The notes beneath the pieces were generated by a model, which saw nothing but the letters and a program-made list of their open reading frames with translations, made no database searches and had not been told where the DNA came from. A DNA stretch of 64,000 nt, from the NCBI GenBank assembly GCA_963668315.1, contig OY764216.1, positions 1,728,001-1,792,000 of the forward strand. The letters run 5' to 3'. Below, in pieces: positions 1 to 8,751 of this stretch. Each line of letters opens with the position of its first letter. Position 1 is the stretch's first letter. A program made the translations under genes and the position numbers. The stretch is from Spirochaetia bacterium (GTDB taxonomy: Bacteria; Spirochaetota; Spirochaetia; DSM-2461).

Positions 1-570
1 ACGGGACAGTGCTCCGACAAGGAGGGGAAACCTGTTATGAAGCCCTTCTGGGACATCACCGGCGAAGAGGTGGAAAAATGCCTTAAAGCCACGGAGTTCT
101 GCGTGGGTGACGGCGGTTACTTCAGGGGAGGCGGTTACTCCTCGGACTTCCTTTCCAAGGGCGGAATGCCCTGCACCATGAGCCGTTTGAATATCGTCAA
201 GGGACTGGGGCCTGTCATGCAGATAGCCGAAGGATGGACCATCGATATACCCCAGGAAGTTCACGACCAGCTGGATAAACGTACCAACCAGACCTGGCCT
301 ACTACCTGGTTTGTTCCCCGTACGACGGGAGAAGGTGCTTTCCGAGACGTATACGAAGTGATGGCCCACTGGGGCGCCAACCATGGAGCCGTAAGCTACG
401 GACATATCGGTGCCGATCTGGTGACTCTCTGTTCCATGCTGAGAATTCCCGTTTGTATGCACAATCTGGATGAATCGTCCCTGTACCGCCCCAGTGCCTG
501 GGCCTCCTTCGGAATGGATCCGGAGGGCGCCGACTTCAGGGCATGCAAGGAACTGGGGCCCCTGTACTAG
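1..570 (+). CDS. fucI: L-fucose isomerase, C-terminal part (5' truncated by window)
   Basis: Frame open from base 1; FucI C-terminal motifs [50 protein letters not shown]. Confidence 0.93.
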   Translation, partial: TGQCSDKEGKPVMKPFWDITGEEVEKCLKATEFCVGDGGYFRGGGYSSDFLSKGGMPCTMSRLNIVKGLGPVMQIAEGWTIDIPQEVHDQLDKRTNQTWPTTWFVPRTTGEGAFRDVYEVMAHWGANHGAVSYGHIGADLVTLCSMLRIPVCMHNLDESSLYRPSAWASFGMDPEGADFRACKELGPLY

Positions 571-595
571 GTAAAGTCCCGATCCGTTCGTCATC

Positions 596-624
596 TTGAC
601 CTCCTTTTTCCGCCGTGATAACGT
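596..624 (+). promoter_or_regulatory. Putative sigma70 promoter for the flavin reductase gene
   Basis: TTGACC-N17-TAACGT upstream of an AGGAGG RBS. Confidence 0.5.
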
Positions 625-642
625 CAGAGAAAGGAGGATCAT

Positions 643-1149
643 ATGTCGTTTATCAGTATCGGAGCAGATGAAATTCAGGGGAACCTGATAAAAAGGATCC
701 GCGATCAGTGGATGCTTATCTGCTCCGGATCCGAAGGAAAAGCCAATTCCATGATAGGAAGCTGGGGGTTCATGGGAGAAATGTGGGGGCGCGATACGGC
801 GGTCTGCACAATCCGGCCCCAGAGGTATACCTATGAAATCATAGAACAGAATGCTGCCTATGCCCTCTGTTTTCTCCCCTCCGCCTACCGTTCCGTGCTG
901 AACACTTTCGGCTCGAAATCGGGGAGAGATATCAATAAAGTGGAAGGCGGCCCTCTGACTCCGGCCTATAAGCACGGAACCCTCTATTATGAAGAGGCGG
1001 AACTGGTTCTGTTCTGCAAAAAGCTTTATGCTCAGGACCTAAGGGAAGAGTTATTCCTTGAACCCTCCATTGCAGAAACTTATTATGAAAAGAAAGACTT
1101 TCACCGTTTCTATTATGGAGAGATTCTGGAAGTCATGCAAAAGGAGTAG
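643..1149 (+). CDS. Flavin reductase family protein
   Basis: WMLI..G...NSM..SWG, IRPQRYT, FGSKSGRDINK, H..YYGEI motifs; strong RBS. Confidence 0.85.
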   Translation: MSFISIGADEIQGNLIKRIRDQWMLICSGSEGKANSMIGSWGFMGEMWGRDTAVCTIRPQRYTYEIIEQNAAYALCFLPSAYRSVLNTFGSKSGRDINKVEGGPLTPAYKHGTLYYEEAELVLFCKKLYAQDLREELFLEPSIAETYYEKKDFHRFYYGEILEVMQKE

Positions 1150-1152
1150 GGG

Positions 1153-2127
1153 TTACCACTCCAGGAGAATCCCTCCGTAGGAAAGACCGGCGCCGAAGCC
1201 GCAGAGAATTATCTTGTCGCCCCTTTTCAGTTTTCCCTCTTTGTTAAGCTCATCAAGTGCGACGGGGATCGAGGCGGACGAGGTGTTGGCCGTCTTCTCT
1301 ATGTTCATGTGGAATTTGCCGAGATCGTATTTATTCCTCTTGCAGACAGCTTCAATAATGCGGATATTCGCCTGGTGGGGAACGATGTGGTCTATATCAT
1401 CTATGGTAAGGTTGGCTTTTTCCATAACCTCTTCAATCACATGGCCGATAGCCCGGACGGCGAAGAGATAGACAGCCTGGCCGTCCATTTTAAGATAGGC
1501 TTCCTTGCCGATTACGTCACCCTCTTTCAGGGGGAGGGCTGATCCGCCCAGTTCGCGGATCAGCTTGTCATAGCCTTCGCCTTCCGTATGAAGGGCGCTG
1601 ACCCAGGTGGATTTGCTGTCGTTTTCAACAATGGCGGCGCCCGCACCGTCTCCGAAAAGCACGCAGGTGGACCGGTCTGTCCAGTCGGCGATCCGGGTCA
1701 GAATTTCACTTCCGATGACGAGTATTCTTTTCGCCGTTCCCGCTGCGAGAAATCCCCGGGCCGTCTCAAGGCCGAAAATGAAACCGGCGCAGGCGGCGCT
1801 GACATCCATGGCCGCTGCGTTTTTTGCGCCCAGTTTATTCTGTACAATGGCGGCCGTGGCGGGAAAACCGTTATAGTCTCCCGTTACCGTGGATACGATA
1901 ATCATACCAATCTGAAGGGGGGTGATGCCCGCTTCATCCATGGCTTCTTTGGCCGCTTCCACGGCCAGGTCCGAACAGGCCCAGTCGTCGTCGGCCATAT
2001 GTCTCTGGTGAATTCCCGTGTGGGAGTATATCCATTCATCGGATGTATCCATCCTGCTGGCTAGTTCATCGTTGTGAATTATTTTTTTTGGTAGAAAGCT
2101 ACCCGTTCCGGTAATTACTGGATGCAT
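1153..2127 (-). CDS. fabH: 3-oxoacyl-ACP synthase III
   Basis: DTSDEWI, AACAGF (Cys), PHQAN (His), NTSSAS (Asn), GFGAGL; start moved to ATG 2127 after AGGAGG. Confidence 0.95.
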   Translation of the reverse strand: MHPVITGTGSFLPKKIIHNDELASRMDTSDEWIYSHTGIHQRHMADDDWACSDLAVEAAKEAMDEAGITPLQIGMIIVSTVTGDYNGFPATAAIVQNKLGAKNAAAMDVSAACAGFIFGLETARGFLAAGTAKRILVIGSEILTRIADWTDRSTCVLFGDGAGAAIVENDSKSTWVSALHTEGEGYDKLIRELGGSALPLKEGDVIGKEAYLKMDGQAVYLFAVRAIGHVIEEVMEKANLTIDDIDHIVPHQANIRIIEAVCKRNKYDLGKFHMNIEKTANTSSASIPVALDELNKEGKLKRGDKIILCGFGAGLSYGGILLEW

Positions 2128-2233
2128 ATAATCCTCCTGCTCTCGTTCATAGCTGATAAAGTTTACCATTTTTCAGAGGCTCTTCCTATTCCCTGCTTTG
2201 ATATAACGCGTAAGGATTGTTATTATTTTGCAC

Positions 2234-2249
2234 TAGTGTAGATACACTA
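2234..2249. promoter_or_regulatory. Perfect palindrome upstream of fabH, candidate operator
   Basis: TAGTGTA-GA-TACACTA in an AT-rich intergenic region. Confidence 0.4.
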
Positions 2250-2309
2250 ACAGAAGCAGCGGGACGCCTCTGGGACGCTTAGAGACTCAATCTGTGTAAA
2301 TACGGTCTC

Positions 2310-2918
2310 TTAGCTCTTAATCCTGCCTGCCATCTCGCAGGTCCTCATAAGACGAAGGCCCAGGGCCTCGGACTCTTCAAGAATCGTCTCTTTTTCTAAT
2401 ACCTCACCCGGTTTAAAGGCATGGATTACCTCCTGGCTGAAGACGATGCGGTAACCAAGTGAGGAAAAGGCGGCCCTCATCGCGGCCGAGGTGAAGCCAA
2501 GGTTTTCCCGGTCAGGCTGTTCGCAAAGGGAAATAAGTCCGGCGTAACGGGGACGGCCGCTTTCAAGCTCGCTTACCCAGGCTGATCTATCCTTTTCATG
2601 GTACGACGTGAGGCAGTAGCAGCGGTCAATAAATCTTTTCATATCGGAGGAGACATTGTAGAAATAAGTGGGAGAGCCGGCAATGAGCGCATCCGCCTCG
2701 CGGAGGAGGGCATAGAGCGGCGTCATCCCGTCGCTGATGACGCACCTGTTGGTTTTGGCGCAGCCTTCACAGCCCGTACAGGCCTGGATTTCCCTGTCGC
2801 CCGGATAAATCAGGCTGGTTTCCCAGCCGGCGTCTCTGAAGGGGGTCAGCGCCCTATTAAGCAGGGCCGCTGTATTGCCGTTTTTCCTGCGGCTGCCCGA
2901 CAGGGCGAGGACCTTCAC
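2310..2918 (-). CDS. Flavodoxin-fold iron-sulfur flavoprotein (NADPH-dependent FMN reductase family)
   Basis: GSRRKNGNT, CTGCEGC-x5-C, GSPTYF, KRFIDR; 4-nt overlap with the MarR gene. Confidence 0.85.
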   Translation of the reverse strand: MKVLALSGSRRKNGNTAALLNRALTPFRDAGWETSLIYPGDREIQACTGCEGCAKTNRCVISDGMTPLYALLREADALIAGSPTYFYNVSSDMKRFIDRCYCLTSYHEKDRSAWVSELESGRPRYAGLISLCEQPDRENLGFTSAAMRAAFSSLGYRIVFSQEVIHAFKPGEVLEKETILEESEALGLRLMRTCEMAGRIKS

Positions 2919-3436
2919 TGTTTCTCTTCGGAAAAGTAGCTGTCCACCGCCTGTGAACTGGCGGCGATAGGACCGCTGAATAGAACGGGTGGCGCGTCTA
3001 TGTTTTCCGCATTCATCATGGAAGCCAGCCTCTCAAGGGAAGAGAGAATCATATGTTTTTCCCAGTCCTCCAGTTTGATGAATTTTTCTGAGAAGTCTTC
3101 CTGCAGAAGGGATGGACGATTCTCAAGAATATGTAGAGCCTTTTCCGTCAGCTGGAGGTTGACCTTTCTTTTATCCTGAATGCTTCTTTGCCGTTTTGCG
3201 AAGCCCTGCTGTTCAAGGCGGTTGAGTATGGTCGTTACCGTTGCCTGAGACAGACTGACCTCTCGGGATATGATGGAAATAGGGCGGTTGGGGTCTTTCT
3301 GAATCTCCTTCAGGAGAATGAGCTGCGGGCCGGTCAGACCGTAGGTCTTTGTAAGTTTTTTAGATTGAAGATCTATGGCCCTGATGATTCTTCTCAGGGT
3401 TGAGACAACTTCGTCGGCTGTTTCATTTAAATCCAT
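2915..3436 (-). CDS. MarR family regulator, EctR/CosR-like
   Basis: LRRIIRAIDLQSKKL..TYGLTGPQL, SLSQATVT.ILNRLE, DKRKV; divergent from an osmoprotectant ABC operon. Confidence 0.88.
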   Translation of the reverse strand: MDLNETADEVVSTLRRIIRAIDLQSKKLTKTYGLTGPQLILLKEIQKDPNRPISIISREVSLSQATVTTILNRLEQQGFAKRQRSIQDKRKVNLQLTEKALHILENRPSLLQEDFSEKFIKLEDWEKHMILSSLERLASMMNAENIDAPPVLFSGPIAASSQAVDSYFSEEKQ

Positions 3437-3607
3437 AATTTAATTCTCATTACGTCATATTATCATTGACTACGAAATAATGTAAAGAACTAAATATATT
3501 ATAATACTAAATATTAGACATAGATGTAAAATAGAATAAAATAGAGTTAAAAATGCGTTATAAAGGGGTAAATAATGTTAGCGTAGGAAGCGTCATTCAG
3601 TATGACC

Positions 3608-3644
3608 TTGACTAAATATGATATAATAATTAGACTACTAAGCA
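3608..3644 (+). promoter_or_regulatory. proX promoter overlapped by a putative MarR (EctR/CosR-type) operator
   Basis: TTGACT-N17-TAGACT; pseudo-palindrome TAATTAGA-CT-ACTAAGCA (3627-3644) covers the -10. Confidence 0.55.
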
Positions 3645-3663
3645 AAAATACTTAGGAGTTAGA

Positions 3664-4608
3664 ATGAAGAAGTTACTATTTGCAGCCGTTGCTTTTGCTT
3701 TATGCTTTGGTTTTTCCCTTACCGCTGAGGGACAGCAGGACAGCGGAACGACAACTATCGTCTTTGGGGATGTTTCCTGGGACAGTGTTCAGGTTCACAA
3801 CCGGATTATGGCCTTTATCATTGAGAACGGTCTTGACGGTTATGAGGCTGATTTTATGGCCGGAGATACCCTTCCTATCATCAATGGAGTCATTCAGGGC
3901 GATGTGGATGTTGATATGGAATCCTGGCACTCCAATTTCCGCGATGTCTACGAAAAGGGCATCGCTTCAGGCGATATGGTTGATTTAGGGAAGAATATGC
4001 CCGACGGACCCCAGGGCTGGTGGATTCCCCGCTATGTTGTGGAAGGACCCGATGCGGTGGCTCCCGGTTTGAAGTCCGTTGCCGATCTGCCTGAGTACGC
4101 CGATCTCTTCACCGATCCGGAAGATCCGGGTAAAGGAATTGTCTACGGCGGTGTCGCCGGATGGTCTCAGCTTGAGATCTCCCAGAAAATATTCGATGAT
4201 AACGGACTGGAAGATTCCTATAACCTGGGAGTAGCTGGATCCGGTTCCGCCCTGGCCGGCACCATGGTGGGAGCCTATCAGAAGAAGGAACCCTGGATTG
4301 GGTATTACTGGGCTCCCACGGCCGTTCTGGGAAAACTGGATATGATAAGGCTCGCAGGAAGCGAATATGACCCGGCCGATGTGAATATTCTGGTGAACAA
4401 ATCCATGATGGAGAAAGCTCCCGAAGTGGTTGAGATTCTGAAAAACTATTCCACCACTGTTGATGATAACAACGAGTTTCTCGCCAAAATGGATGAGAAT
4501 GACTGGGATACCGAACAGGCCGCCGAATGGTTCCTTAAAAACAAGGAAGATGCCTGGACCCGCTGGGTTAGCGCCGATGTGGCAGCTAAGGTAAAGGCGG
4601 CCCTCTAG
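3664..4608 (+). CDS. proX: Glycine betaine/proline ABC transporter substrate-binding protein
   Basis: Signal peptide; SWDS, MESW, FTDPEDPGKG, GYYWAPT motifs. Confidence 0.88.
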   Translation: MKKLLFAAVAFALCFGFSLTAEGQQDSGTTTIVFGDVSWDSVQVHNRIMAFIIENGLDGYEADFMAGDTLPIINGVIQGDVDVDMESWHSNFRDVYEKGIASGDMVDLGKNMPDGPQGWWIPRYVVEGPDAVAPGLKSVADLPEYADLFTDPEDPGKGIVYGGVAGWSQLEISQKIFDDNGLEDSYNLGVAGSGSALAGTMVGAYQKKEPWIGYYWAPTAVLGKLDMIRLAGSEYDPADVNILVNKSMMEKAPEVVEILKNYSTTVDDNNEFLAKMDENDWDTEQAAEWFLKNKEDAWTRWVSADVAAKVKAAL

Positions 4609-4610
4609 GG

Positions 4611-5870
4611 ATGTCTGAGAGGAATATTCAGAATCAGCCTTCTGAAGATCTTCCTGTAAAAGAAGACGTTCCTCAGGTTCAGATAAAGGACCTGTGGAAA
4701 GTCTTCGGCAGAGATCCGAAGCGGGTATTGAAAAATGATCTTCGAACAAAAAGTAAAGAGGAAATTCAAAAAAAGACTGGCTGTATTGTGGGTATGAGGA
4801 ATGTAAACCTCACCATCAGGAAGGGCCAGTTTTATATACTGATGGGGCTCTCGGGAAGCGGGAAGTCCACTTTGATCAGGAATATCATACGGCTGGTTAA
4901 TCCCACCTCGGGATCGATAACTATTAACGGGCAGAATGTTACGAAAATGAGCAGCGACCAGCTGCTTCAGTTCCGCCGGAAAACATTCGGTATGGTTTTT
5001 CAGCATTACGGATTACTGCCCCATCTGACCGTGCTGGATAATGCGGCGTATGGTCTGAAGGTGCGTGATGTCCCTAAAGGGGAGCGTTACGCCCGAGCCA
5101 TGAGCACTCTGGAGACGGTCGGACTGAAAGGCTGGGAGGATTACTACCCGGGATCTCTCTCCGGCGGTATGCAGCAGAGGGTCGGTCTGGCCCGTGCCCT
5201 GGCAAATGACCCGGAAATCCTCCTGATGGATGAACCCTTCAGCGGCCTTGATCCCCTGATCAGAAGGCAGATGCAGGATGAGCTGGTGGAGCTTCAGGAA
5301 AAGCTTCAGAAAACCATTATCTTCGTTACCCATGATCTCCATGAGGCGCTCAAACTGGGTGACCGTATTGCCATCATGCGTAACGGTGAGGTCGTCCAGG
5401 AGGGAACTCCCGAGGAGATCGTCACCCATCCCGCCGATGAATATGTGCAGGAGTTCGTTCAGGACGCATCTCCCGCCAAGGTTTTAACCGCCGGATCCAT
5501 TATGGAACCGGCCAAAATTCTCCTATATGCCTGGGAGGGACCGAAAACGGCATTGACCCTTATGCGGTCCAACAAGCGTAAAGCCGCTTTCGTAGTGAAT
5601 AAGAATCATAAGCTTCTGGGTGTGGCCAAAGAAGAAACACTGGCCAGGCTTCTGGAGACGGAGGCCATCCCCGAAAAAATACCCCAGTCTGCCATCAGAA
5701 CTGTTCCCGTTGTGCAGGAGGATACCATTCTGGAAGATATGTTTTCCATCATCTCCGACAATCCCTACCCGGTTCCCGTAGTGAACGGAGAAGGACGGTT
5801 TATGGGACTTGTGACGACGGACCAGATATTTGAATCCATATCCCCTTCCGAAGGAGATGAACATGCTTGA
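4611..5870 (+). CDS. proV: Glycine betaine/proline ABC transporter ATP-binding protein with CBS domains
   Basis: MGLSGSGKST, LSGGMQQRVGLARAL, DEPFSGLDPLIRRQMQDEL, C-terminal CBS pair. Confidence 0.93.
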   Translation: MSERNIQNQPSEDLPVKEDVPQVQIKDLWKVFGRDPKRVLKNDLRTKSKEEIQKKTGCIVGMRNVNLTIRKGQFYILMGLSGSGKSTLIRNIIRLVNPTSGSITINGQNVTKMSSDQLLQFRRKTFGMVFQHYGLLPHLTVLDNAAYGLKVRDVPKGERYARAMSTLETVGLKGWEDYYPGSLSGGMQQRVGLARALANDPEILLMDEPFSGLDPLIRRQMQDELVELQEKLQKTIIFVTHDLHEALKLGDRIAIMRNGEVVQEGTPEEIVTHPADEYVQEFVQDASPAKVLTAGSIMEPAKILLYAWEGPKTALTLMRSNKRKAAFVVNKNHKLLGVAKEETLARLLETEAIPEKIPQSAIRTVPVVQEDTILEDMFSIISDNPYPVPVVNGEGRFMGLVTTDQIFESISPSEGDEHA

Positions 5871-6705
5871 TTTTCCCGAATTTATAGATATTCCCCTGGC
5901 AAAGGCCATCGATGCCGCCATGGAGTGGCTTCTTACCCATCTTGATGGTTTCTTTGATGCCGTCGGCTTTATCATCCTCCAGGTGGTGAACGGTTTCGAA
6001 TCGATATTTCTATTTGTTCCCTGGTTCATTCTCATTCCCCTGGCGGGACTGGCGGGATGGAAACTGGTGGGCAAATGGAAATCGGGGATCGCTTTTATGG
6101 TTCTGCTCATGCTTATCGGATCCTTCGGATATTGGGAGCTGGCCATGAGAACCCTGGCCCTCGTCATCGCGTCGGTTTTCTTTTCCCTGATCATGGGAAT
6201 CCCCCTGGGAATAAAGATGGCACGGAGCGACCGGGCCCAGGCCGTTCTTCAGCCCATTCTGGACGGAATGCAAACCATGCCCAGCTTCGTGTATCTTATC
6301 CCGGCGCTGATGTTTTTCGGAATGGGAAAGGTCCCGGCCATGTTCGCCACGGTCATCTATGCGGTACCCCCGGTTATCCGGCTTACCAATGTGGGGATCA
6401 GAACCGTCGATGAGGAGGCTGTGGAGGCATCCAAGGCCTTCGGCGCCACGCCCCGTCAGGTTCTGTTCGATGTGCAGCTGCCCCTGGCCAAACCTTCCAT
6501 TATGGTGGGAATAAATCAGACGACGATGATGGCTCTGGCCATGGTCGTCATGGGCTCCATGATCGGTGCGAAAGGACTGGGAATGGAAGTGCTTATCGCC
6601 ATCAGCCGGATCGAAGTGGGACAGGGGTTTGAGGCGGGATTATCCATTGTGTTCCTGGCCATTGTCATTGACAGGATAACCTATTCGTTTTCAGAGAAAA
6701 AATAG
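5863..6705 (+). CDS. proW: Glycine betaine/proline ABC transporter permease
   Basis: MQTMPSFVYLIP, PPVIRLT, VQLPLA.PSIM.GINQT; start at ATG 5863 after AAGGAG. Confidence 0.93.
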   Translation: MLDFPEFIDIPLAKAIDAAMEWLLTHLDGFFDAVGFIILQVVNGFESIFLFVPWFILIPLAGLAGWKLVGKWKSGIAFMVLLMLIGSFGYWELAMRTLALVIASVFFSLIMGIPLGIKMARSDRAQAVLQPILDGMQTMPSFVYLIPALMFFGMGKVPAMFATVIYAVPPVIRLTNVGIRTVDEEAVEASKAFGATPRQVLFDVQLPLAKPSIMVGINQTTMMALAMVVMGSMIGAKGLGMEVLIAISRIEVGQGFEAGLSIVFLAIVIDRITYSFSEKK

Positions 6706-6771
6706 AAAATCAGGCCGGCCGGATGATTACGTTATCCCCGGACGGTCCTGGACATTACATAAGGAGTAATT

Positions 6772-6981
6772 ATGGCATATGTTAAGATAGAGAATGATGA
6801 GCCCCTGGAGAAGGGAATTAAGAGATTTCGCAGGAAAGTGGAAAAGGAAGGAATTATCCGCGAATACAAGAGGCGCGAATATTACGATAAACCTTCTACT
6901 ATCCGTCATATAAAGGAGAAGGCAAGGCAGAGAAAGGAACTCAAAAAACGCCTCAAGAACCAGAAGCGGAATTCCTATTAA
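6772..6981 (+). CDS. rpsU: 30S ribosomal protein S21
   Basis: [41 protein letters not shown]. Confidence 0.95.
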   Translation: MAYVKIENDEPLEKGIKRFRRKVEKEGIIREYKRREYYDKPSTIRHIKEKARQRKELKKRLKNQKRNSY

Positions 6982-6995
6982 TTCCTTGCCCCCGG

Positions 6996-8621
6996 TCAGG
7001 GTTCCCTTTCCGAGTTCTTGTTTAATTCCAGGCGGGAATATTCCCTGGCCACATCGGATGAGAAGAGCAGATCGTGCAGCCGGCTGTCCAGTTCGTTGCC
7101 GTCTGCCATCTTCTTGATTATTTCCAGAGCCCGGCTCCATTCAATAGGCTTTCTGTAAGGCCTGTCCCTTGCCGTCAGGGCCTCAAATATGTCCGATACG
7201 GCAATAATCCTTGCCTGAAGGGGAATCTGATCCTCCTTCAGACTGCGGTGATAACCGGAGCCGTCCAGCTTTTCATGATGCATGGAGGCGTACTCCGACA
7301 CCATGGACAGGTTGGCGGGGAAGGGCAGCTTATCCAGTATCTCCTTGGTCATAGCCACGTGGTTCTCTATGATCTTCCTTTCCTCTGCCGTCAGGGTACC
7401 CCGGCGTATGGAAAGCTTCTCCCTTTCCCCTTCCGTAAGGTAAGGGTACGTCTCCCCGTCCAGGATATAGGTCTTCTCCCCGATCTCATTCAGACGGGTC
7501 AGCCTGTCGTCATCCATATATTCGCTGGGCATATTGCAGCTCACCACAAATTCGCGATCGGCCCGTATCTGCCTTTTTTCCTCCTCCGTGGAGGCAATCT
7601 CCTCTATCAGCCGGAATCGGTTATTAATCAGCTCAATACGGTCTTCGAACAGTTCCAGCTTTGTCGCCTTGTTTACCAGATTGTCCGGTGTGGTCAGCTT
7701 TCCTATGTCATGGAGCCAGGCAGAGATGCGTATCTCTTCCATCTCTTCATCGGTAAAACAGACATCTTTAAAAGGACCTTCCTTCGCTTCGTTCACGGCC
7801 TGGGTGATCATCATGGTCAGCGTCACGACTCTTCGTATATGGTCTCCCGTATAGGGGGATTTCTTATCTATGGCCGAGGCTATGCTGCGGATAAAAGCAT
7901 TAAACAGTTCCCTCAGCTGGTCGGTCAGCTGCACATTGTTCAGAATGGACGCCGCATGGGCCGTCAGGAGGGAGATGAGATTCTCATGGTTTCTGGTAAA
8001 GGACACGGGACTTCCCGTCTTTTTGTCCTGGGCGTTGATCAGCTGAATGACGCCGATCATTTTTCCCTCCAGATCCTTCATGGGCATGACGAGCATGGAG
8101 TGGGAACGGTAGCCCGTGCTGCTGTCGTATTTTCTCGTTCCGGAAAAGTTATAGTTCTCTTCCTTGTAGACATCGGGTATGTTGATGGTCTTGCAGCTCA
8201 CGGCGCAGCTGGAGCAGACATTTTCCCAGTTGGGCTGTCCGTCCCGGTAAAGGGGCACGGAAGGCAGTTCGATCGGGTTGCCGCTGGTTCCTCCCTGCCG
8301 AATTCCCCGGGAGTTGGTATGCATGATGGCAAAGTCCAGTTCCTCGTTTTCCCGGTCATAAAGGTAAAGGGTTCCCGCATCGGCCGCCGTCAGGGACTGG
8401 CATTCATCCAGAATCAGTTCGAGAAGTTCATAGACCGATGAACCGCGGGACAGCACTTTTCCTATGAGGGCATAGGTTTCGTAACCCTGGCGGCTCTCTT
8501 CCAGATCCTGCGCCGTTTCTGCCTGAAGCTCACGGAAATTCCTTTTTGCCTTTCTTTCCCTCAGGAAGAAAAAAATGAGAACGATAACGGTTGTACACAG
8601 AAGGGCATTGATAAACATCAT
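6996..8621 (-). CDS. Membrane-anchored GAF + HD-GYP c-di-GMP phosphodiesterase
   Basis: N-terminal TM, GAF (GYRSHSMLVMPM..GVIQLIN), WLHDIGK, HHEKLDGSGYH, DIFEALTARDRPY; start uncertain (8621 chosen because TATAAT lies 7 nt upstream). Confidence 0.88.
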   Translation of the reverse strand: MMFINALLCTTVIVLIFFFLRERKAKRNFRELQAETAQDLEESRQGYETYALIGKVLSRGSSVYELLELILDECQSLTAADAGTLYLYDRENEELDFAIMHTNSRGIRQGGTSGNPIELPSVPLYRDGQPNWENVCSSCAVSCKTINIPDVYKEENYNFSGTRKYDSSTGYRSHSMLVMPMKDLEGKMIGVIQLINAQDKKTGSPVSFTRNHENLISLLTAHAASILNNVQLTDQLRELFNAFIRSIASAIDKKSPYTGDHIRRVVTLTMMITQAVNEAKEGPFKDVCFTDEEMEEIRISAWLHDIGKLTTPDNLVNKATKLELFEDRIELINNRFRLIEEIASTEEEKRQIRADREFVVSCNMPSEYMDDDRLTRLNEIGEKTYILDGETYPYLTEGEREKLSIRRGTLTAEERKIIENHVAMTKEILDKLPFPANLSMVSEYASMHHEKLDGSGYHRSLKEDQIPLQARIIAVSDIFEALTARDRPYRKPIEWSRALEIIKKMADGNELDSRLHDLLFSSDVAREYSRLELNKNSEREP

Positions 8622-8751
8622 TACTGCAATTATAGAAAAAAACTTGCCTTTTTGCCTCCATATTAGTATTTTTTCCATGAAAAATCAAATTAACACCAAG
8701 GGCCTCCCCAAATGACATCTCAGAGGCCCGTGATTAGGAGAATATCGCCCC

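Noticed and set aside
8622..8751. CIRCE heat-shock operator upstream of htpG (also checked upstream of lon)
   Set aside because: No TTAGCACTC-N9-GAGTGCTAA seen; a lone TTAGCAC near 54551 lacks its partner half
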